Below, one piece after another: positions 25,225 to 32,000 of a DNA stretch of 32,000 bases (its first letter is position 1; every line of letters begins with the position of its first letter). The stretch is from assembly GCA_025839675.1 (NCBI GenBank), contig CP104013.1, positions 810,001 to 842,000 on the forward strand, read 5' to 3'. The DNA comes from Candidatus Lokiarchaeum ossiferum (GTDB lineage Archaea; Asgardarchaeota; Lokiarchaeia; Sigyniarchaeales; Promethearchaeaceae). The position numbers and the translations under genes were made by a program. Under the pieces are notes generated by a model, which saw only the letters and a program-made list of their open reading frames with translations, was not told where the DNA came from and did no database searches.

Positions 25225-26388
25225 CTATTCTTCTTTTCTGAAATTTTCTACAATATTCAATTTTCGCCACTTCAAGATCGGGATCAAAGAAACTAATACC
25301 CCAACAAGCATTGTGATGAGAAATGTATTTAGATAAACGGAAGGTGTAATAAAATCATTCATTGAACTCAAAAACTGAATAAAATTTGAATATTCAAGCT
25401 TAAAACGGATAACGGCATTATAGGAGTACCAAAAAAATACAATTCCAATTAGGATAGCACCCAAATAGCTTACTAAAGTTAGAAATACGACTTGAATGAA
25501 AATGAGGAGGCTAATTTTGTTTGCAGGCATGCCAATTGCGCGCAAAATACCAAATTCTTTTAGATTATCTTTTAAATTTAAAGTCAATAATATTGCTACA
25601 AACATGATACTAATAACAAATGGAAAAGATGCTAGAAACGCCTGAATGAGTTTAATTACATCAAAAAAACTCCCCGTTTCCTTTTTCAAAGAATTTGAAT
25701 CCATAACATGGATCGATGACGACAAGGACTCCACTTGTGAAACAATTGAAGGAGTATCAACAACAGGATCAATAATTTCAGAATCTAGTAATAAATAAAG
25801 AATAGAACAATAGTTTTCCATATTGTAAATCTCTTGAATTTTTGAATATTCACAATAGAGAAAAAAATCCATTAAAGGGTTATCTGGCTTCAGCACACCT
25901 GACACACTAAAAGTCTCATTTTGTATCAAAATTTCATCACCCGGTTCCAAATTTCCACCTGCTACATTTGATCCCACTAAAACTTCATTTTTATTCTTTT
26001 CTGGCCATTCACCAGCACTTAGAGTAGAATCCTGTAAGTATATGACTTTCAGATACTCAAAATCTATTCCAACTAGCGCATCCTTAATTAAATCGGTGGA
26101 GGAAACATTGCTGAAATCTTTAAAAATCAAAGGAATAGCGGTACTAACCCCATAAATTTGTGAAACTTCCGTTCTTAATTCTTCTTGAACCTTCGAATTA
26201 AATGGGACAAATTGAGCCATAGTTGTCCCTTTTGACATAACCATAACCGAATCAGAATCTACCAAAAAAAACTGATCCATCATTTGATCTAGCATGTTTG
26301 TATAACTGTTAATCGTGAAAACCGACCCTAAAGCCATACTAAATCCTAAAATACACCCAATATAGCGTAACCGATTTTTTCTAAACAA
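25225..26388 (-). CDS. FtsX/MacB-type ABC permease, paralogue of the downstream permease
   Basis: 387 aa with the same topology. It has a TTG start (no in-frame ATG upstream before a stop; the next ATG would remove TM1). It lies 8 bp from the next permease gene. Confidence 0.75.
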   Translation of the reverse strand: MFRKNRLRYIGCILGFSMALGSVFTINSYTNMLDQMMDQFFLVDSDSVMVMSKGTTMAQFVPFNSKVQEELRTEVSQIYGVSTAIPLIFKDFSNVSSTDLIKDALVGIDFEYLKVIYLQDSTLSAGEWPEKNKNEVLVGSNVAGGNLEPGDEILIQNETFSVSGVLKPDNPLMDFFLYCEYSKIQEIYNMENYCSILYLLLDSEIIDPVVDTPSIVSQVESLSSSIHVMDSNSLKKETGSFFDVIKLIQAFLASFPFVISIMFVAILLTLNLKDNLKEFGILRAIGMPANKISLLIFIQVVFLTLVSYLGAILIGIVFFWYSYNAVIRFKLEYSNFIQFLSSMNDFITPSVYLNTFLITMLVGVLVSLIPILKWRKLNIVENFRKEE

Positions 26389-26478
26389 AGACCAGAAATA
26401 TGTAATTAGGTGTATTTTCTAAATCCTCCATTATATAACTATAATTTGTTGACCATATATATAATTTTATTGATTAAA

Positions 26479-26811
26479 TTACGAAGAAGAAGGCCATTCA
26501 ATTTGGACTAAAAATTTGCGTGCGACAGCTCGATAATATTTCATCTTAATTCCAAATTCATTCGTAAAAAATCGAGATTGAACGGCGAGGTTTTTTTTTA
26601 CCAAATCATCAAGATGGCGTTTGATAGTTCCTGGATTCATTTTAGTTATGTTTTTAATATCAATGATTGTTTTTTCTTCGGGAATGATAAGAGAAAGCAA
26701 CATTTGTTTTTTTTCATGGAATAAAATTGGCACTACAGAAGGATCATTAATAATGGCCACTTCAGAAATGTGAAAAGTTGATGCAGCGTGTTGATTATTA
26801 TTTTTTTCCAT
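26479..26811 (-). CDS. ArsR/SmtB-like winged-helix transcriptional regulator
   Basis: 110 aa. PILFHEKKQMLLSLIIPEEKTIIDIKNITKMNPGTIKRHLDDLVKKNLAV fits the ArsR-type HTH pattern (IL..L....t..el......s.gt..hHL..L...glv). GAAGGT lies upstream of the ATG. Confidence 0.65.
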   Translation of the reverse strand: MEKNNNQHAASTFHISEVAIINDPSVVPILFHEKKQMLLSLIIPEEKTIIDIKNITKMNPGTIKRHLDDLVKKNLAVQSRFFTNEFGIKMKYYRAVARKFLVQIEWPSSS

Positions 26812-26870
26812 ATTATGACCTTCTTTTTTCTTTTTTTTTTATTTATCTTGGAACGAGAATTTTATCAATG

Positions 26871-27734
26871 TTATTCCATTCGTTTGTTATTCCCACTTTC
26901 TTTAGTGCTATTGTAGATTCTTGTTGCGATAAGAGTCATTACAGGATATCCGATTACGAACATCCAGAAGAGCATCACGATTATCAAGGTAATAAATATA
27001 ATTATCGTAATCAATTCTTCAAAAAGTAGATTACTAAGCAAGCTAATGATAAAAATAACTATTGAAGGTATAAATTGAAAGATAATGTAAAATATACCCC
27101 AAGTTGCAAGTAATCGTTTAGGATTTTGTTTTAAAATTAAGAAATTTTCTTTGAAACTCGCTTTTAAATTAGAACTAGAAGTTAAACTTGGAAAAATTTC
27201 AATGAACAGAACAGTTAAACAGTAAGTTAGAGGTGTATAAAGCATAATTTGAACATTTACTTCGGTTATGAAGAATTTAATCGGCAGATCGAATTGAGTA
27301 AAAAAACCCGATAATGTGAAAATGAGAGATAACAACGGATATTGCCACCAGAATCGTTTAAAATATGAAAAAGAACCCTTAAATTCGGCAAACATGTCCC
27401 CCGAACTCATAATGTCAAATGCAAGACCATATTGACAGGTTAACATTGCTTGAAAAAGCCAAATGGAAATCAAAAATCCTGGGAGTAGCATTAGAATTAC
27501 AAGCGGTTCGGCAATTTCTTCTACTTTCACTTTTAAATAGATTAATGTGATTAATACAGAAATAAGCATCCCTACTACAAAAAATAGAAAAGCAAATAGT
27601 TCGGTACCCATAAAGGCTTTTACATTATTTCGAAATGCTTGCAAACTTAGTTTGAAATCCAATTTTACCTCTTCAGAAATAGATAAAGGTATTGATCCAG
27701 TCCTTTCACTACTATTTGGATTGATACTTGACAT
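26871..27734 (-). CDS. Polytopic membrane protein, unknown function
   Basis: 287 aa with ATG at 27734 and about 6 hydrophobic segments. No recognisable motif. Confidence 0.55.
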   Translation of the reverse strand: MSSINPNSSERTGSIPLSISEEVKLDFKLSLQAFRNNVKAFMGTELFAFLFFVVGMLISVLITLIYLKVKVEEIAEPLVILMLLPGFLISIWLFQAMLTCQYGLAFDIMSSGDMFAEFKGSFSYFKRFWWQYPLLSLIFTLSGFFTQFDLPIKFFITEVNVQIMLYTPLTYCLTVLFIEIFPSLTSSSNLKASFKENFLILKQNPKRLLATWGIFYIIFQFIPSIVIFIISLLSNLLFEELITIIIFITLIIVMLFWMFVIGYPVMTLIATRIYNSTKESGNNKRME

Positions 27735-27808
27735 AGCTCTATTTCCTTATTTATTTCATTTCACTTAAGCTTTACAATTTTCATATCTTGCTTTTCTTTT
27801 AATAATGG

Positions 27809-27830
27809 AAAAAAAAAAATCTGAAAAAAA
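27809..27830 (-). terminator. T7-CAGA-T11 tract immediately after the ABC-2 permease stop (terminator candidate)
   Basis: The minus strand reads TTTTTTTCAGATTTTTTTTTTT directly after the TAG. It suggests the ABC-2 pair could be a separate transcription unit from the genes downstream. Confidence 0.45.
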
Positions 27831-28712
27831 CTAAGAATCTTGCCTTTTTTTATATAGGAAATTAGCAACGGTTGTAAATATTATTGTGAACAATAACATT
27901 CCCAAAACCGCACCCACTGATGAAGGAGAACTCCATGATGTCATTTCCGAAGTGGTTCCAATTGTTACAGTCACCGATCTTAAATCACCAGCATTAAAAC
28001 AACCGGTAATTATCTTTCCATAATACGTAGGGATGAAAAGGGGCTCAATAGTTGTAAGAAAAGGCAATAGTAGTAATACAAAATCAAAAAAGACCAGTAG
28101 AAATAACATAGATAGTATTACCACAGACGAGTTTTTCTTGAGAAATGAACTAAATAACACAACAAACGATAAATTCATATTCATATATAATAGGGCCCAT
28201 GCTAAACTAGTCCATAATGAATTTGGAATTTCAGAAAATTTTATAAGAGTTACAAATCCAATTACGGCATAAAATAATATAATCAAGCCGAAACTCATGA
28301 TCATTCCCGCTATAAAACGTCCTACAAGAATTCTATCTCGTGAAATCTTTGGAAACAGTAGATTTCCAGTATTTCCCTGAAAATCTACTACTAGCATAGA
28401 TCCTCCAAATGAAATTGCAATAATTACTATTAAAATATTTATCGGAAACATAAAAGTCATGACATACGAAAGAATTGTCGGATTTTCCCCATACATACCA
28501 TTTTGCTCTTGAATATTGAATAAAAGCGTGGATATCGTATGAAAAATGATTATTACTATCGCTAAAAAGATAAATTTTCTGACGTTTCTTCTTATTTCAA
28601 ATAGAGCAGTATCTGTTATTTGTTGAATTTTTCGTTGGGAACTAATGCTCTTCCGATTAAAAGGAGACAATTTTGAAGAAGTATTATTAATTAATTTTGT
28701 TGTTGACATCAT
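27831..28712 (-). CDS. ABC-2-type transporter permease
   Basis: 293 aa with about 6 TM segments. Its start is 8 bp downstream of the ATPase stop codon, an architecture typical of ABC-2 exporters. Confidence 0.65.
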   Translation of the reverse strand: MMSTTKLINNTSSKLSPFNRKSISSQRKIQQITDTALFEIRRNVRKFIFLAIVIIIFHTISTLLFNIQEQNGMYGENPTILSYVMTFMFPINILIVIIAISFGGSMLVVDFQGNTGNLLFPKISRDRILVGRFIAGMIMSFGLIILFYAVIGFVTLIKFSEIPNSLWTSLAWALLYMNMNLSFVVLFSSFLKKNSSVVILSMLFLLVFFDFVLLLLPFLTTIEPLFIPTYYGKIITGCFNAGDLRSVTVTIGTTSEMTSWSSPSSVGAVLGMLLFTIIFTTVANFLYKKRQDS

Positions 28713-28720
28713 TATCGCTC

Positions 28721-29761
28721 CTATATTTTACTCTCCACTTTGATGGGACTCATATTGAGTTCTCTATATTTTTGATCTGATTCCGAAACAAACTTTAAAT
28801 ACAAATCTTCTAATAATCCTGCTTTAGGGACTGAAAATTCTAGTACATCAATATTATTGAGAAGTAATTGTTTGAGAATTTCAAGTTGATTTTTAGGAGA
28901 TCCATCAAATCTAATGTAATAAGTGTTATCATCAGAATCATAACTCACATCCTTTTCTTCAACTATAGAATTGATCGTATCTCGAATTTTTTTAAGAATA
29001 ATTGTCGATTCAATTGAAGTTTCCAAGATCTCTAATTGAATTACACTATTTCGAGTCATCTGTTCTAAGTTCTCCAAAGTATCACAAGTTACTAACTCTC
29101 CATGTGAGATTATAGCAATACGATCCGCAACTTCTGAAATTTCATACAATAAGTGACTGCTCAGAAATACTGTTTTTTTTAATTCTTTCAATTTTAGAAT
29201 TAAATCACGAACTTCTCTTCTTGCCTTGGGATCTAAGCCTGTATGGGGTTCATCAAAAATAATTATATCTGGATCATGAACAAAAGCGGACACAACACCA
29301 ATTTTTTGGCGCATTCCTTTTGAAAAAGTACCTAACTTTTTATCAATCCATTCTTCCATATCAACCATTCTAATGACTTTTACTACCCGATCATGTATCA
29401 AATTTCGGGGATAACCTTTTAGTTTTGCAAAATAAGTTAATATCTGTCGAGGAGTGCTATTTTTATAAAAATATGGGTTTTCAATTAAGAATCCCAAGTG
29501 ATCTAGAAGGTAATCTTTATTCAAAGAAGTCATTTTTTCAAGTTCACCATTTGCTCGAATCCAGACTTCCCCACTGGTCGACCGTAATATATTTGCCATT
29601 ATTTTCATCGTCGTAGATTTTCCTGCACCATTTGGCCCCAAAAACCCAACAATTTCTCCACGATGAATATCCAGAGATAGATTGTTGATTGCTTTAAATG
29701 AGCCAAACTGCATAGATAAATTTTTTAATCGGATTAATACATCAGAGCTTGTCATATTCAT
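28721..29761 (-). CDS. ABC transporter ATP-binding protein (ABC-2/CcmA-type with C-terminal accessory domain)
   Basis: Motifs: Walker A GPNGAGKSTTMKIM, signature FSKGMRQKIGVVSAF, Walker B IIIFDEPHTGLDP, and a ~110-aa C-terminal extension. The track start (29770) is GTG; ATG at 29761 (MNMTSSD...) is the alternative used here. Confidence 0.9.
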   Translation of the reverse strand: MNMTSSDVLIRLKNLSMQFGSFKAINNLSLDIHRGEIVGFLGPNGAGKSTTMKIMANILRSTSGEVWIRANGELEKMTSLNKDYLLDHLGFLIENPYFYKNSTPRQILTYFAKLKGYPRNLIHDRVVKVIRMVDMEEWIDKKLGTFSKGMRQKIGVVSAFVHDPDIIIFDEPHTGLDPKARREVRDLILKLKELKKTVFLSSHLLYEISEVADRIAIISHGELVTCDTLENLEQMTRNSVIQLEILETSIESTIILKKIRDTINSIVEEKDVSYDSDDNTYYIRFDGSPKNQLEILKQLLLNNIDVLEFSVPKAGLLEDLYLKFVSESDQKYRELNMSPIKVESKI

Positions 29762-29860
29762 TGTTGTCACCTTTGCAAAGAATTTGGATTCAAAAATTCA
29801 CTGATTTGACATATTAATGTATTTAGACAAATATTGTCGCATAAAGTGAATAGTTATCCA

Positions 29861-29990
29861 ATTTGCATCTTTTGCAAATGCTATTATATCTAAATAATTT
29901 TACCTATATAAATTTAAGCATTTGCACAACATGCAAAAAGTTCAAAAATCACATTAATACCACAATGAGCAATTTGCGACTTGTGCAAAA
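29861..29990. promoter_or_regulatory. Three 19-bp inverted repeats, TTTGCA-N5-TGCAAA (operator-like), in the divergent intergenic region
   Basis: 29861..29879 ATTTGCAtctttTGCAAAT; 29920..29938 ATTTGCAcaacaTGCAAAA; 29972..29990 ATTTGCGacttgTGCAAAA. A TATA-like ctatataaattt (about 29904..29915) lies between sites 1 and 2. Confidence 0.6.
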
Positions 29991-30032
29991 AGATAGTGAA
30001 TTATTCGATATTCTTTTAAGATACTACAAAAG

Positions 30033-30395
30033 ATGAAGACTATGGAAAAAAAATTTATTTTATATTCTTTCAATGGAGAAGGTATGTGTTTTGCCCATGT
30101 ACTTTTGAATGCTATGGAAATGCACGGCAAAGGCTATGATGTTCTAATTGTTGTGGAAGGTAGTTCAGTGAAAATGATCAAAGAATTTCATGAAGATGAA
30201 AAACATCCCTTTAATGATCTCTATTCGAAAGTTAAAAGCGCCAATCTTATACATGGCGTATGTCTTGCTTGTGCAACTAAAATGAAAGTTGTTGAAGCAG
30301 TCAAGGCAGAAAAACTTCCGTTAATTGGATCAATGAGCGGTCATCCTCCAATGTCTGAATTTATTGATAAAGGATATCAAATAATCACATTTTAA
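30033..30395 (+). CDS. Small DsrE/DsrF-like (sulfur-relay/peroxiredoxin-like fold) protein
   Basis: 120 aa. The layout (FILYSF...A..LLNA....G.DV.IVVEG..V......, then a conserved Cys pair GVCLACATK, ending ..ITF) resembles DsrE-family proteins. A second in-frame ATG at 30042 is an alternative start. Confidence 0.45.
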   Translation: MKTMEKKFILYSFNGEGMCFAHVLLNAMEMHGKGYDVLIVVEGSSVKMIKEFHEDEKHPFNDLYSKVKSANLIHGVCLACATKMKVVEAVKAEKLPLIGSMSGHPPMSEFIDKGYQIITF

Positions 30396-30607
30396 ATTTG
30401 TTTAACATACAATAAGTGTTGATTATGCAATCCTTGCAGTTCAGGGGGTTTCAGATTAGAATAATATTTTTTATCTCAATTTTTTATTATGAAAATGTTG
30501 CTTTGACTTCTAGTTCGTAATTTTTAGTGATACAAACCTAATATTTTGGAACGATGTAATTTAATGGGGGTCAATGAGATTATTTTACTAAATATTGGTG
30601 AAAAATT

Positions 30608-31048
30608 ATGTTAAAAATAGGCGATTTTATTCCCGAGGCTCTTGAGCTGAATGACCAAGACAATAAAACTTGGAAATTATCTCAACTTAAAGGTAAAAGA
30701 TCAATCTTGTATACCTACCCAAAAGATTCAACCCCCGGATGCACGACGGAAGCAAAAAACTTTAGGGATTCTATAAAGGAATATGAAAATGCAGATATCC
30801 AAATATTTGGAATCAGTGCTGATTCGGTGATTTCCCATAAGAAATTCGCTGAAAAACACAATTTACCGTTTACATTGCTTTCAGATCCTGATAAAAAGTT
30901 ATTGAATGCGCTGGGATCTATGGAAGGAGGTAAAATTAAAAGAAGAACATGGTTAGTGGATGAAAATGGAAAAATTGAAAAAGTATTTGAAAAAGTATCT
31001 CCGACGAACCATAATGCAGAATTGTGCGAGTATTACATGCTGAAATAA
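30608..31048 (+). CDS. bcp: Thiol peroxidase Bcp (AhpC/TSA-family peroxiredoxin)
   Basis: Motifs: YTYPKDSTPGCTTEAKNFRD (peroxidatic Cys motif P-x-D-x-T-P-G-C-T), GISADS, and TLLSDPDKK. Confidence 0.9.
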   Translation: MLKIGDFIPEALELNDQDNKTWKLSQLKGKRSILYTYPKDSTPGCTTEAKNFRDSIKEYENADIQIFGISADSVISHKKFAEKHNLPFTLLSDPDKKLLNALGSMEGGKIKRRTWLVDENGKIEKVFEKVSPTNHNAELCEYYMLK

Positions 31049-31190
31049 TCCCTATCCTAAATATTTGAGAATATTGATGATAAATTGCACAAATTTTTTT
31101 GATTTAAATTTCATCTTGGTAATAGAATTAATTTTATGTCTTTTTTATATATAATTCATATCAGCGTTTCCCAAGATAAACCAATATATT

Positions 31191-31829
31191 TTATTTAACA
31201 ATTGAAAAACCAGAGTTATTTATTGAAGGAATTTTGAAATCCAGTTCAAAACCGAAATCTGAAGATTCAATAACTATATTTACATGAGAATCTGTTTGAA
31301 AAGTGACTGACTGCCCAAAAAAGAGATAAAATTGAACAGTTTCTTCAGGATCTAAATTTTGATCAGCATTTTGATTGTTTAAGAAGCAAATTCCAAAGGA
31401 TTTTGAAGACCCTTCTAACATACTCCCGAGATCATTAATTCCTTCATTGTAATTTAATTCACATAACTTTGTCTCATCCGCATAGATTAAAACCTTCAGA
31501 GATGCGGATGAAAAAGAAAAAGATTCAATTTGTTTTAGGGAAATCAAATCGAAGAACAGCGCGTCCAAATAATAATTATCCCCTTCAGCATAGGAGTGTA
31601 TCCCAACCATATTGTTTTTCACAACAAGTTGATCAGGAGCATTAAAAATACTGAGAAACGGAGCAGATTTTGATGCGATAAGAAATGAAAAAGTAAATCC
31701 TCCAAATAAACACATACCGATAATGAATATGATGGCAGTATGACGTTCTTGCTTAGAAATCTTCCCATTGCTTTTACTTCGTGTTTTGGTGAATGGGTAT
31801 CGAGATCTTCGAATCGTCAATACTTGCAT
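31191..31829 (-). CDS. Hypothetical membrane-anchored protein (basic N-terminus, one TM, beta-rich ectodomain)
   Basis: The track start at 31871 is TTG. ATG at 31829 gives MQVLTIRRSRYPFTKTRSKSNGKISKQERHTAIIFIIGMCLFGGFTFSFLIA... No family motif recognised. Confidence 0.45.
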   Translation of the reverse strand: MQVLTIRRSRYPFTKTRSKSNGKISKQERHTAIIFIIGMCLFGGFTFSFLIASKSAPFLSIFNAPDQLVVKNNMVGIHSYAEGDNYYLDALFFDLISLKQIESFSFSSASLKVLIYADETKLCELNYNEGINDLGSMLEGSSKSFGICFLNNQNADQNLDPEETVQFYLFFGQSVTFQTDSHVNIVIESSDFGFELDFKIPSINNSGFSIVK

Positions 31830-32000
31830 ACCAACCAAGAATAAAAAAAATATTTGAAGCTGTTTTTTCAAAACATTCCAAAGAACAAGATTTTCTTCAT
31901 TTTATAGAGAGCAGTGTTTTTTAAAAAGAGTACAACTCTTCCCATTTATAGTTGATAGCTGTAAGCAAAGAAATTACACAGTAGAAAAAATATTATCAAG

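Noticed and set aside
31191-31829. Possible archaeal type IV pilin/archaellin-like protein (basic N-terminus + TM + beta-rich domain)
   Set aside because: No convincing class III signal-peptide cleavage motif ([KR]-G/A followed by the hydrophobic core) is visible. The resemblance is only general topology, so it is kept as hypothetical.
1-32000. Search for CRISPR arrays, tRNA/rRNA genes and other GC-rich structured RNAs
   Set aside because: No regularly spaced direct repeats and no GC-rich islands of tRNA or rRNA size stand out from the AT-rich background. The only periodic DNA repeats are the coding TSP3-like units at 18470..19875.

Overview
This is an AT-rich, gene-dense window with about 29 protein genes. 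I found no rRNA, tRNA, CRISPR array, transposase or integrase. The gene content is archaeal: an EndA-type tRNA-splicing endonuclease, a PIN-ATPase-KH protein, a PssA-type CDP-alcohol phosphatidyltransferase, an RNase J-like beta-CASP nuclease, and a PGF-CTERM-like sorting tail. A gelsolin-domain protein also fits an Asgard (Loki-like) host. That host assignment is inference only; nothing was searched.

Housekeeping or metabolic genes: MFS/GPH transporter, macro-domain protein, L-asparaginase, GNAT acetyltransferase, PepT, Bcp peroxiredoxin and a DsrE-like protein.

Accessory-looking content:
(1) A stand-alone OLD-family ABC-ATPase+Toprim nuclease (13810..15780, minus strand) with an 89-aa helical ORF just upstream, next to a spacer of about 630 bp. 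This is the best candidate for an uncharacterised defence-type module.
(2) A 1422-aa secreted protein with about 20 thrombospondin-type-3-like acidic Ca-binding repeats, a His/Tyr/Gly/Asp-rich block, a Thr-rich stalk and a PGY-type PGF-CTERM-like tail. A 727-aa membrane-anchored paralogue follows it. The two genes share six copies of a ~90-aa module.
(3) A seven-gene minus-strand block: an ABC-2 exporter, a polytopic membrane protein, an ArsR-like regulator, and a LolCDE-like heteromeric FtsX/FtsX/ATPase set.
(4) Three 19-bp TTTGCA-N5-TGCAAA inverted repeats in the divergent promoter region at 29861..29990.

Several ORF-track starts are TTG or GTG over-extensions. I re-set them to internal ATGs where the sequence supports that. 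All family assignments come from motifs read by eye and recalled family knowledge, not from searches.
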